Made by a program: the position numbers and the translations under genes
Assembly (NCBI GenBank): GCA_964342765.1
Contig: CAYFFS010000002.1
Location: 39,125 to 63,124 of the forward strand
Length of the DNA stretch: 24,000 nucleotides
Reading direction: 5' to 3'
Source of the DNA: an uncultured Nitrososphaerales archaeon
GTDB lineage: Archaea > Thermoproteota > Nitrososphaeria > Conexivisphaerales > Conexivisphaeraceae
In this document: in pieces, positions 7,372 through 15,721 of the stretch
Layout of the letters: every line of letters starts with the position of its first letter
Position numbering within the stretch: position 1 is the stretch's first letter
Notes under the pieces: generated by a model
What the model was told of the DNA's origin: nothing
Databases searched by the model: none
Seen by the model: the letters and a program-made list of their open reading frames with translations, nothing else

Positions 7372-8388
7372 GTGAAGGCTGCGGTCTTCGACAGCCCCGG
7401 CCTGGAGAGGCTCGGCGTGAGGGAGCTGGAGGATCCAAGCCCCGGCCCTCACGAGGTACTCGTGAGGGTCGTCCGTGCCGGCGTGAACCCAATAGATTAC
7501 CTGACGGTGACCGGGGCGAGGAACGCCAGCCCCATGCCGCACGTGCCAGGCGCCGAGTTCGCAGGGATCGTGGAGGAGGTGGGCGAGGGCGTCACGAGGT
7601 TTTCGAGGGGGGACGTCGTGATCGACTACCCCAGGGTGTTCTGCGGCCACTGCGACATGTGCGCTTCCGGCAGGGAGATGCTGTGCCGCGTGGGGGGCGT
7701 CCTGGGGGTCGCGTCCCAGGGCGGATTCTCCGAGCTGGCCGTCGTGCCCGAGGGCTCCTTGGTGAAGGTGGACGGATCCCTGGGCTGGGACCTGCTGGCC
7801 AGCCTGCCGGTCGCCGCGCTCACGGCCTATCACGCGCTGCGCGCCTCGGGGCTCAAGGAGGGCGAAACTGTCGTGGTTGTGGGCGCCTCCGGCAACACCG
7901 GAATGTTCGCTGTCCAGCTAGCGCGCCTGATGGGGGCCCGCGTGGTGGCGATCTCCAGAAGGTCCAGGGACTGGCTGCTCGAAATGGGCGCTGACTACGT
8001 CGTGGACGCCGCATCGGCGAGGGATTTCGTGTCAAGGCTGACCGACGGCAGGATGGCGGACGTCGTAGTGGATCCCTTGGGCTCGGGCACCATTACCTGG
8101 AGCATAGGGCTGCTCGGCCCCGGCGGCAGGCTTGTCAGCTACGGCACCCTCACGGGCCAGTCGGTCGCGGTGGACATGAGGTTCGTCTACTCCAGGGAGA
8201 TATCGATAGTGGGGACCACGGGCGGCAGCAGGTCGGAGCTCATGAGGCTCGTAGGCATATCCTCCCAGCGCGGGCTGAGGGTCCGCGTCTGGAGGAGGTA
8301 CCCCTTGGAGGACGTCAGGGCCGCGCTCGAGGCCCTTTCCTCCCCGGAGAGGGACGGCAGGGTGATGTTGGAGATAGCGCGCGGCTGA
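7372..8388 (+). CDS. Zinc-type alcohol dehydrogenase / medium-chain reductase family oxidoreductase
   Basis: MKAAVFDSPG...EVLVRVVRAGVNPIDY, a structural-Zn cysteine cluster CGHCDMCASGREMLC, and a nucleotide fold VVVVGASGNTGMFAVQLA. The GTG start lies 27 nt downstream of the TTTATAT box. Confidence 0.8.
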   Translation: MKAAVFDSPGLERLGVRELEDPSPGPHEVLVRVVRAGVNPIDYLTVTGARNASPMPHVPGAEFAGIVEEVGEGVTRFSRGDVVIDYPRVFCGHCDMCASGREMLCRVGGVLGVASQGGFSELAVVPEGSLVKVDGSLGWDLLASLPVAALTAYHALRASGLKEGETVVVVGASGNTGMFAVQLARLMGARVVAISRRSRDWLLEMGADYVVDAASARDFVSRLTDGRMADVVVDPLGSGTITWSIGLLGPGGRLVSYGTLTGQSVAVDMRFVYSREISIVGTTGGSRSELMRLVGISSQRGLRVRVWRRYPLEDVRAALEALSSPERDGRVMLEIARG

Positions 8389-8443
8389 GAGGGCGCGTCA
8401 TATGGAAGCTCTTTAGAAAACCCTCCGACGAGGCCCAAACACG

Positions 8444-8449
8444 TTTAAG
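8444..8449 (+). promoter_or_regulatory. TATA-like box of hemA
   Basis: TTTAAG is centred about 25 nt upstream of GTG 8471. Confidence 0.4.
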
Positions 8450-8470
8450 CTCCCCCAGCTGAGCCCCGAC

Positions 8471-9697
8471 GTGCTTGGGGGTCGGGCGGCCATTCCCTCG
8501 ATCGACGGCTACGCGTGCGCGGGCGTGGACTACCGCCTGGCCTCCTCCGAGGTCCTCTCGGCTCTTCAGGAGCCGGATCCCGGCTCAGCCTCCCTGAGGT
8601 TCCTGGAGGAATCCGGGGCCGACGAGGTCGTGCTCCTGCAGACCTGCAACCGCTTTGAGATCTACCTATACTCACGCGACCCGGAGGAGTCCTTGGGCAG
8701 GATCAAGCACTATTTGGTGCGCAGGGCTCGGGTGGAGCCCTACGAGCTGATGGGCCGCGAGGCGGTCGTCCACCTGTTCAGGGTGGCTTCAGGCCTCGAG
8801 TCGATGGTCGTCGGCGAGTACGAGATACTTGGACAAGTGCGCGACGCTTTCCTGAGGTCCAGCTCTGCCGGATCCGCGGGCCCCATGATGAAGGCGCTCT
8901 TCGACTGGGCGGTCAAGGCCGGACGTCGCGCGAGGGCGGAGACCGGCATCTCCCGCGGGTCGGTCAGCCTGGCCAGGTTAGCCGTCGAGGAGGTTTCGAG
9001 GAGGCTTAAACGCAGGGGCCGCGTGCTCGTCGTTGGGGCAGGGCACATGGGCTCGCTGATAGCGTCCTACCTAAGGGAGGCCGGCTTCGAGGACGTCGTG
9101 ATAGCCAATAGGACGTATGAGAGGGCCGCCTCGCTAGCCTCCAGGCTTGGTTACAGGGCGATAGGGCTGGACGACCTGGCGCGCGCGCTGGAGGAGGTAG
9201 ACGCGGTGCTGGTGGCCGTTTCATCGCCGTCCCCCCTGATAAGGCGCGGCATGTTGAGGCCCGGGAGGATCGTGCTGGACATATCGATTCCGGGGGCGGT
9301 TGAGCGCGGCCCCTGCCAGGGCAACGTCCTCACCATAGATGATCTGCTGGGCCTGGCGGACGAAAATCGCCGCAGGAGGGAGAGGGAGGCGGAGGAGGCC
9401 GGAAGGATCGTGGAGGTAGAGGCGGAGGAGTTCGAGTCGCACGTAAGGAGGATGGCCGCGGACGACGTGATAAGGTCGTTCATGGAGAGGGCGGAGTCGA
9501 TAAGGGCGAACGAGCTCGAGCGCGCCCTTAGGATAATCGGAAGAACCGAGGAGGCCGAGGTCCTCGAGGCAATGACGAAGGCCATCGTGAACAAGGTGTC
9601 AGCGCCCATAATAGAGCTCCTGAGGGACGCCGGAGCCCGCGGGGACAGGGAATTGCTGGGGCGCGCTAAGGCCCTGCTCGACGAGCTGGAGCACTAG
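8471..9697 (+). CDS. hemA: Glutamyl-tRNA reductase
   Basis: Catalytic-Cys motif LLQTCNRFEIY, LESMVVGEYEILGQVRDAF, and an NADPH-domain VLVVGAGHMGSL. The exact start is uncertain (GTG 8471). Confidence 0.85.
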   Translation: MLGGRAAIPSIDGYACAGVDYRLASSEVLSALQEPDPGSASLRFLEESGADEVVLLQTCNRFEIYLYSRDPEESLGRIKHYLVRRARVEPYELMGREAVVHLFRVASGLESMVVGEYEILGQVRDAFLRSSSAGSAGPMMKALFDWAVKAGRRARAETGISRGSVSLARLAVEEVSRRLKRRGRVLVVGAGHMGSLIASYLREAGFEDVVIANRTYERAASLASRLGYRAIGLDDLARALEEVDAVLVAVSSPSPLIRRGMLRPGRIVLDISIPGAVERGPCQGNVLTIDDLLGLADENRRRREREAEEAGRIVEVEAEEFESHVRRMAADDVIRSFMERAESIRANELERALRIIGRTEEAEVLEAMTKAIVNKVSAPIIELLRDAGARGDRELLGRAKALLDELEH

Positions 9698-10326
9698 GAG
9701 CCGCTCGTCCCCCTCTTTGGGAGGGACCACCCCCTTTCAAGCGCCAGGATCCTCAGCACGAAGACGAGGGCCGTGACCGCGAGCGCCGCCTGCGCGCGCC
9801 CAACGCCGAACATCGCGAGAACGTAGTAGGCGAAACCCCCTAGGAGCCCCAAGGTGGCGTAGACCTCCTTGTGCATGACCACTGGGACGTCGTTAGCCAG
9901 CAGATCCCTCATTATCCCTCCGCCGCACCCCGTTATCATCGCGGCGAAGGAGACGCCGAGGGGGCCGAGCCCCCTGGAGAACGCCACGTCCGCCCCCAGG
10001 GCGGAGAAGGTCGCGAGTCCCAGGGCATCGGCGTACAGGAAGCCCCTTCTGCCCACGAGGCGGGCGGGCGCAAGCGCGAAGTAAAGCAGCCCGACGAGCA
10101 ACGAGAAGCCCGCGTAGTATTCGTAGCGGAAAGCGGTCGGTGGTATGATGCCGGCTATTAGATCCCTTATCACGCCTCCTCCCAACGCGGTAACCGCCCC
10201 TAGGAACATCGCCCCGAACACGTCGAACCCCTTCTGGACGCCCTTCGCGACGCCCGACATTGTGAAAGACGCTATGCCGACATAGTTCAATAGGTCCAGG
10301 ACCAGTATTATTGTAGACTGATCCAT
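9694..10326 (-). CDS. TRIC-type / UPF0126 (YadS-like) cation-channel membrane protein
   Basis: Two internal repeats, each with the glycine-rich helix motif: TALGGGVIRDL and TGCGGGIMRDLL. About seven hydrophobic helices in 210 aa. Confidence 0.7.
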   Translation of the reverse strand: MDQSTIILVLDLLNYVGIASFTMSGVAKGVQKGFDVFGAMFLGAVTALGGGVIRDLIAGIIPPTAFRYEYYAGFSLLVGLLYFALAPARLVGRRGFLYADALGLATFSALGADVAFSRGLGPLGVSFAAMITGCGGGIMRDLLANDVPVVMHKEVYATLGLLGGFAYYVLAMFGVGRAQAALAVTALVFVLRILALERGWSLPKRGTSGS

Positions 10327-10356
10327 CGTCCGTTGGCTCCTGAGTCCTACTCTCGT

Positions 10357-11226
10357 TTAAAATTGCGTCTGCCCAGCGGGTTCCCTGAGCACCTTGACCT
10401 TGCGCGCGGCCTCCTCGACCTCCAGGGGGGTGAACCAGGGCTGCTTGTCCCTCATCTTAAGAGTCGCGGCAGCCGAGGCCCTGGCCAGGGACTCCTCTAT
10501 GCTCATGCCCTCGGAGCACATGTAGTTGCACAGGGCGGCGGTGAACACGTCCCCCAGGCCTATGGGCTCCCCGTCCAAGCCCTGTATGGGATGGCCCACG
10601 TAGAGGTGGCCGCCGAGCGCCGCGTAAAATGGGTCGCCCGAGTCAGTCACGATGAGGTCGAGCCGGTAGCGCTCGGAGCACTCAGCTATTGATTCCCCGC
10701 GGCATTCAGGCGGGAACTCGTACTTCTCGCCCCTCAGTATGACGCCGCTTCCTCTCAACCTAGCCATGATTTCCCTTACCCTGTCGGCGGAGTTCACGAC
10801 CCTTCCGCCGTCCGCCAGCGCCCTCGCGAAGCCCTGGACGTCAACGATCGTCGTCCCCCTGGACGCCGCCCGCTCCACGAGCTCAAGCGAAATCTCGCCC
10901 AGGGTTCCGGAAATAACGTATGGCCCGCCGCAATCGGCCGGAAGCTCTGGCTCCAGCTCCGGGCTCTCCAAGGCCTTGAGAGTTCTATCCCGGCCGTCGA
11001 CGTCTATCGAGAAAATGGCCTCGCGCCCCTTGACGGCCCTGACCTCTATTCCTGGGAGCCTCCTCAGGCGTCCCGCCGCCTTTCCTTCGACGGTCAAAAT
11101 TACCGCCTCCGCTCCCAGGAGGTGAAGCGCAATTCCGGCGAAGAAAGCCGGCCCTCCGATCCTCTCCGATCCGAGGACGAAGTCCCTCGTCGAGGTGGCT
11201 ACAAGAGTTATGGGCCTTTTCTGCAC
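10357..11226 (-). CDS. PfkB/ribokinase-family carbohydrate or nucleoside kinase
   Basis: 289 aa with a GTG start. The N-terminal GGPAFFAGIAL and the C-terminal anion-hole motif PIGLGDVFTAAL are typical of PfkB kinases. The substrate cannot be inferred. Confidence 0.65.
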   Translation of the reverse strand: MQKRPITLVATSTRDFVLGSERIGGPAFFAGIALHLLGAEAVILTVEGKAAGRLRRLPGIEVRAVKGREAIFSIDVDGRDRTLKALESPELEPELPADCGGPYVISGTLGEISLELVERAASRGTTIVDVQGFARALADGGRVVNSADRVREIMARLRGSGVILRGEKYEFPPECRGESIAECSERYRLDLIVTDSGDPFYAALGGHLYVGHPIQGLDGEPIGLGDVFTAALCNYMCSEGMSIEESLARASAAATLKMRDKQPWFTPLEVEEAARKVKVLREPAGQTQF

Positions 11227-11248
11227 ATCCCTTGGAGGGACGTCGCTT

Positions 11249-11256
11249 CCTTAAAT
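11249..11256 (-). promoter_or_regulatory. TATA-like box of the PfkB kinase gene
   Basis: The minus strand reads ATTTAAGG, the same octamer as in the thiR-like promoter. It is centred about 26 nt upstream of GTG 11226. Confidence 0.45.
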
Positions 11257-11336
11257 CGTTAACAATGTCAAGCGCATACGCTACTAAAAAATTTATTTTA
11301 TTTTCATGTAAAGGGCTCACATGCATAACCTTAATC

Positions 11337-11343
11337 TTTATAT
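11337..11343 (+). promoter_or_regulatory. TATA-like box of the livHMGF operon
   Basis: TTTATAT is centred 30 nt upstream of ATG 11370. Confidence 0.45.
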
Positions 11344-11369
11344 CAGGGATAAGCAAGTAGGGCGAGGCA

Positions 11370-12260
11370 ATGGCGGCTCTCGTAGTGCCTTCTTATATAA
11401 TATCTATATCGATCTATGGCCTCCTCTTCACGAGCATCTACCTGTTGCTGGCGACGGGGCTGACGCTGATCTTCGGCACCCTTAAGCTCGTCAACTTCGC
11501 CCATGGGGATCTGATGGTGCTGGGGGCATTCATCGCCTTCCTGTTCGTGACGATGCTGGGCTGGAGCCCTTACATGGCAATAGTGCCGGCGGTGTTCGTC
11601 ATAGTCGGAATGGGCGTGCTGATCTATAGGTTCGTCCTGAGGCCCGCGGTCAAGGTGGGCCCGGTGAACCAGATACTGTTGACGATCGGCGTCTCGTACG
11701 TCTTGGAGAACGGGCTGGCGTACTACTTCCTACCGGTCTACCGCACCGGCGTGGAGATACCCTCCCCCCTAAGGGGAAGGGGAATTTTGTTGCCCGGGAA
11801 CGTCCTCCTGACCTACGACGACCTGACGATAATACTTACCTCCTGGGTTATAATGCTGGCGCTGTATTACTGGCTGTACAAGACCAACCAAGGCATCGCG
11901 ATAAGGGCCCTGAGCCAGAACCCAATCGGGGCAGATATATCGGGGATAAACGTGGGGACTTTGGGCTACGTCACGTTCATAGTGGGCAGCGCGCTTGCGG
12001 CGATAGCCGGGGCCCTCTACGGAATAGCGTTCACGTTCGATCCGTTCACCGGCATAATCCTCACGCTCGACGCGTTCGCGGTGATGATACTTGGGGGCGT
12101 CGGGAGCGTGCCCGGCACGATCGTGGGCAGCATAGTGATAGGGTTCGCCACCAGCTACGCGAGCTACTACATGGGACAGACGTGGGGTGAGGCGATAGCG
12201 TTCATAATACTGGCGATAATATTGCTCGTCAGGCCCTCAGGGATCTTCAGGGGTGGTTGA
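11370..12260 (+). CDS. livH: Branched-chain amino acid (LIV/HAAT family) ABC transporter permease
   Basis: LivH-type N-terminus (LLATGLTLIFGTLKLVNFAHGDLMVLGAF) and the conserved C-terminal GGVGSVPGTIVGS. Confidence 0.85.
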   Translation: MAALVVPSYIISISIYGLLFTSIYLLLATGLTLIFGTLKLVNFAHGDLMVLGAFIAFLFVTMLGWSPYMAIVPAVFVIVGMGVLIYRFVLRPAVKVGPVNQILLTIGVSYVLENGLAYYFLPVYRTGVEIPSPLRGRGILLPGNVLLTYDDLTIILTSWVIMLALYYWLYKTNQGIAIRALSQNPIGADISGINVGTLGYVTFIVGSALAAIAGALYGIAFTFDPFTGIILTLDAFAVMILGGVGSVPGTIVGSIVIGFATSYASYYMGQTWGEAIAFIILAIILLVRPSGIFRGG

Positions 12261-13242
12261 GTTGAAGTGGGGCCTGGGAACGCTCGCGCTTCGCGCGATA
12301 GCGGTGGCCGCGGCGCTGGCGATCACGGCCGCGGTCTCCTCTTTCATGGGATCATATCCTACCCTCGTCGCCATAACGATAATGGTCTTCTTCGTGTACT
12401 CGATTTCCTGGTCCCTCCTGGCCAACACTGGGATGGTCTCGCTGGGCCAGGCCCTGTTCTTCGCGCTGGGCGCCTACGCGTACGGGATATTCATCACGCG
12501 TTACGGCTGGAACCCAATATTAGCGCTCTTCGTTGGTCCAGTGATGGGCGCGCTGGCGGGCCTAGTCGTCGGGGCGATATCCTCGAGGCTCAGGGACTGG
12601 TACGTCGGGATATTCACGTTCGCCCTGACGCCGGCCGGATACGCGCTTGCCGTCTCCAGCCAGCTTTCGCCGTGGACGGAGGGCGCGATAGGCCTGGCCA
12701 CGCCTCCCTTCCCCCTTCCCACCGAGTACTGGCTGCCCCTGGCCACTGCGCTGGCGTTCGCTGTGTACATGGTCGCGACGCTGATCAAGAGGAGCAGGAT
12801 GGGCTACGCCATGTCCGCCATAAACGACGACGAGGTCGCGGCGAGGACCGTCGGCATAAACTCTCTCCTCTACAAGACCCTGATCTTCGGGATAGCGGGA
12901 TACCTGGGGGCGCTCGCGGGGGCAATGTTCGTCGGGCTCTACACGAGTTACGTGGCCCCGGACTACTTCGGCTACCCTGACCTGAGCTACAGCGTGTGGC
13001 CCATCTTCTACTCCATGATAGGCGGGTTCGGGTCGCCCGAGGGCGTCCTAGTGGGAACTATACTCCTAGATCCTATAGAGACCGCCATAAGGTCCTGGCT
13101 GAGCGGCATCTCCGTCGTCGGAGGGAACCTCGCGCTGGTCATCTTCGGCCTCCTGCTGATCCTGGTGCTCCTCGAGGCGCCAAAGGGTATATATGGTTCG
13201 CTTGAGCGCCGCCTCAGCAGGAGGCCTCGCCGGAGGGCGTGA
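12253..13242 (+). CDS. livM: Branched-chain amino acid (HAAT family) ABC transporter permease
   Basis: LivM-type motifs (GMVSLGQALFFALGAY, AINDDEVAARTVGIN). The GTG at 12253 overlaps the end of livH by 8 nt. The TTG at 12262 is an alternative start. Confidence 0.85.
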   Translation: MVELKWGLGTLALRAIAVAAALAITAAVSSFMGSYPTLVAITIMVFFVYSISWSLLANTGMVSLGQALFFALGAYAYGIFITRYGWNPILALFVGPVMGALAGLVVGAISSRLRDWYVGIFTFALTPAGYALAVSSQLSPWTEGAIGLATPPFPLPTEYWLPLATALAFAVYMVATLIKRSRMGYAMSAINDDEVAARTVGINSLLYKTLIFGIAGYLGALAGAMFVGLYTSYVAPDYFGYPDLSYSVWPIFYSMIGGFGSPEGVLVGTILLDPIETAIRSWLSGISVVGGNLALVIFGLLLILVLLEAPKGIYGSLERRLSRRPRRRA

Positions 13243-13976
13243 GGATGGGGCTTCTGGACGTCTCCGGTGTTGTTAAGAGGTTCGGCGGTCTCACGGCGCT
13301 GAACGGCGTGGACATCTCGGTGCAGGGCGGCGAGCTACTGGGGATCATCGGGCCCAACGGGGCGGGTAAGACGACGCTAGTCAACGTCGTCATGGGCGTC
13401 TACTACCCGGACTCGGGGAGGATAACCTTCGATGGCCACGACATAACCAGGATGCCTCCACACAGGAGGGCCACCCTTGGCATATCTAGGACTTATCAGG
13501 TCCCCCGGCCCTTCAACGGGATGAAGGTGATAGACAACGTCGCGGTCGCCGCCATGTACGGATCGAAGAGGCTCTCTGTCAGGGAGGCCAGGGAGGTGGC
13601 GTCGGAGCTCCTTGAGAAGGTGCGCCTCTCCGAGAGGGCTGAGGATTACCCGGAGTCCCTGAGCGTCGTCGAGCTAAGGAAGCTCGAGCTGGCCAGGGCG
13701 CTCGCCCAGGGAGCTAAGCTCGTGTTCCTGGACGAGGTGAGCGCGGGGCTCGTTGGTGAGGACCTTAGGGAGGTGCTCTCCGTCGTGAGCGGGCTGCACG
13801 AGGGCGGGATGACGATCGTGATGATAGAGCACGTCATGAAGGTGATATTCAACCTGGCCGAGAGGATAGTCGTCATGATGAACGGGCAGAAGTTGGCGGA
13901 GGGGAAGCCCTCCGAGATAGCGTCGGACGCCAGGGTCGTGGAGTCCTACCTGGGAAGGAGGTGGTCCGAGATATGA
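13239..13976 (+). CDS. livG: HAAT-family ABC transporter ATP-binding protein (LivG type)
   Basis: Walker A GPNGAGKTT, LivG-type signature LSVVELRKLELARAL, Walker B LVFLDEVSAG. The likely start is ATG 13245, 7 nt after GGAGGG. The first GTG at 13239 overlaps the livM stop. Confidence 0.85.
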   Translation: MRMGLLDVSGVVKRFGGLTALNGVDISVQGGELLGIIGPNGAGKTTLVNVVMGVYYPDSGRITFDGHDITRMPPHRRATLGISRTYQVPRPFNGMKVIDNVAVAAMYGSKRLSVREAREVASELLEKVRLSERAEDYPESLSVVELRKLELARALAQGAKLVFLDEVSAGLVGEDLREVLSVVSGLHEGGMTIVMIEHVMKVIFNLAERIVVMMNGQKLAEGKPSEIASDARVVESYLGRRWSEI

Positions 13977-14680
13977 GCGACACACTCTCCGTCAGCGGCC
14001 TGGTGAGCGGGTACTACAAGATAAAGGTGCTGAACGAGGTTAGCCTGCGGGTTGGGAAGGGGGAGCTCGTCGGGATCATCGGGCCCAACGGGGCGGGTAA
14101 GACGACCACCCTTCGCACAATAGCCGGTGTGGTGCGCCCATGGTCGGGGAGCGTCCTGCTCGACGGCGTGAACGTGGCCGGTCTCCCCCCTCACAGGATA
14201 GCGAGGATGGGCCTGGGCTACGTGCCGGACAGCAGGGAGCTCTTCCCGAACCTGACGCTCGAGGAGCACCTGAGGCTGGCGCACTCGAGGCTCGGGTCGA
14301 AGGAGGACTTCGGGTCCGCGGTGGATCGCGTCATGGCGCTCTTCCCGCCCCTCAAGGGGAGGATGTCACAGAGGGTCGGCACGATGAGCGGAGGGGAGCA
14401 GCAGATGGTGGCCATAGCGAGGGCGCTGATATCGAGCCCGAAGCTGCTGATGCTGGACGAGCCCTCGACCGGCGTGGCGCCGCGCATCGTGGATAACATC
14501 TACGACGCGCTCAAGTCGCTCAAGGGATCCATGAGCATACTGCTCGTGGAGCAGAACGTCCAGCTGGTCTTCGAGGTGGCGGACCGCGTTTACCTGATGG
14601 ACAGGGGCTCCATAGTGAAGGAGGGCACTCCAGAGGAGCTCGTGAAGGACGAGCTCGTGAGGAGGACTTACCTGGCGTGA
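13973..14680 (+). CDS. livF: HAAT-family ABC transporter ATP-binding protein (LivF type)
   Basis: Walker A GPNGAGKTT, signature MSGGEQQMVAIARAL, Walker B LLMLDEPSTG. The ATG at 13973 overlaps the livG TGA (ATGA) and is preceded by GGAGGTG at 13957-13963. The track start at GTG 13961 is less likely. Confidence 0.85.
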   Translation: MSDTLSVSGLVSGYYKIKVLNEVSLRVGKGELVGIIGPNGAGKTTTLRTIAGVVRPWSGSVLLDGVNVAGLPPHRIARMGLGYVPDSRELFPNLTLEEHLRLAHSRLGSKEDFGSAVDRVMALFPPLKGRMSQRVGTMSGGEQQMVAIARALISSPKLLMLDEPSTGVAPRIVDNIYDALKSLKGSMSILLVEQNVQLVFEVADRVYLMDRGSIVKEGTPEELVKDELVRRTYLA

Positions 14681-14690
14681 AAGGCGCACG

Positions 14691-14699
14691 TTTTGCTTC
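14691..14699 (+). terminator. Possible T-rich termination signal after livF
   Basis: TTTTGCTTC lies 11 nt after the livF stop. It is the only T-run in the 96-bp spacer before the next promoter. Confidence 0.25.
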
Positions 14700-14751
14700 G
14701 TCATAGTTAGTTCGCATTAGCATGCGCCTGGTTAGGGCAGGGCTGTAAAGG

Positions 14752-14758
14752 AATATAT
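14752..14758 (+). promoter_or_regulatory. TATA-like box of the endonuclease-IV-like gene
   Basis: AATATAT is centred 22 nt upstream of ATG 14777. Confidence 0.4.
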
Positions 14759-14776
14759 CGACCCGCCCAGAACTTC

Positions 14777-15721
14777 ATGGGATTGCTGAGGCCCAGCAGG
14801 CTCGCCTTCGGCCCCGCGGGCGTTCCCAGGTCCTCCGCCAAGCGCACCACCGAGGCCGGCATCCTGAGGGTCTCGGAGATGGGCCTCGACGCGATGGAGA
14901 TAGAGTTCGTGCGTGGCGTGAAGATGGGGGCGGACTCCGCAGAGCGCGTCAAGGAGGCCGCGTCCTCGGCTGGGATCCTGCTCACCGTGCACGCGCCCTA
15001 CTACGTGAACTTGTTGTCGGACGACGAGGCTAAGGTCAGGGCTTCCGTGGACAGGATATTGAGCTCGGCGCGCGTCGGGCATGCGGCCGGGGCATGGTCG
15101 GTCGTCTTTCACTCGGGCTACTATGGAAAGCTCACGTCCAAGGAGGCCGTGGAGCGCGTAAGGGAGCACCTGCGCGCGATAACGAGGACGCTCAGGGACG
15201 AGGGCGTCGAGATATGGGTAAGGCCGGAGGTCATGGGGGGCCTGGCCGAGGTCGGCGACCTTGACGAGGTGCTCGACATAGTGGATGGATTGGAGGGGGC
15301 GCTGCCATGCCTGGACTTCGCGCACATGTACGCGAGGTCGCTCGGCGCCCTAAACACGCGCGAGTCGATAAGGGAGGCACTCTCGCGCGTGGAATCCCGC
15401 CTTGGGAGGATAGCTTTCGAGAACTTCCACGCGCACATATCGGGTATGGAGTACGGCCCCAAGGGGGAGAGGAGGCACCTGCCGCTCGAGGAGTCCGACT
15501 TTCGCTGGAGGGATGCGCTCGATGCGCTTAAGGAGTTCGACCCCAAGGGGGCGCTGATCTGCGAGTCACCGCTACTCGAGGACGACGCCGTCCTCCTTAG
15601 GGATCATTACCGCGGCTCACGCGCAAGGCGCAAAAAGCGATGGGATGAGCAGCGCGTAAGCCTTGGCGACGTCCAGCATCTCGCTTATGCTGTTCCTCTC
15701 GTCGGCCGCGTGGGCGTATGA
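14777..15721 (+). CDS. Endonuclease IV-like (AP endonuclease family 2 / xylose-isomerase-like TIM barrel) protein
   Basis: Metal-ligand pattern of the Nfo family: TVHAPYYVNL, VVFHSGYYG, VRPEVMGG, CLDFAHMYA, FHAHISG, LICESPL. The last ~30 aa (GSRARRKKRW...) look like a non-conserved tail running into the convergent gene. Confidence 0.7.
   Translation: MGLLRPSRLAFGPAGVPRSSAKRTTEAGILRVSEMGLDAMEIEFVRGVKMGADSAERVKEAASSAGILLTVHAPYYVNLLSDDEAKVRASVDRILSSARVGHAAGAWSVVFHSGYYGKLTSKEAVERVREHLRAITRTLRDEGVEIWVRPEVMGGLAEVGDLDEVLDIVDGLEGALPCLDFAHMYARSLGALNTRESIREALSRVESRLGRIAFENFHAHISGMEYGPKGERRHLPLEESDFRWRDALDALKEFDPKGALICESPLLEDDAVLLRDHYRGSRARRKKRWDEQRVSLGDVQHLAYAVPLVGRVGV

Noticed and set aside
10985-11356. 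123-aa minus-strand ORF starting in the A/T-rich spacer and running into the PfkB gene
   Set aside because: It is out of frame with the PfkB kinase, which has family motifs. Only its first ~40 codons are outside that gene, and they lie across both promoters.
12267-12980. 237-aa alternative-frame ORF inside livM
   Set aside because: Arg/Gly-rich translation in the +2 frame of a clearly conserved permease. It has no independent signals.
13875-13881. C-box-like ATGATGA/GTGATGA strings (also 5824-5830, 12081-12087 and minus-strand 12491-12497) checked as C/D-box sRNA candidates
   Set aside because: None has a CTGA D box or a C'/D' pair at the required ~12-nt guide spacing within 50-70 nt. All lie inside coding sequence.
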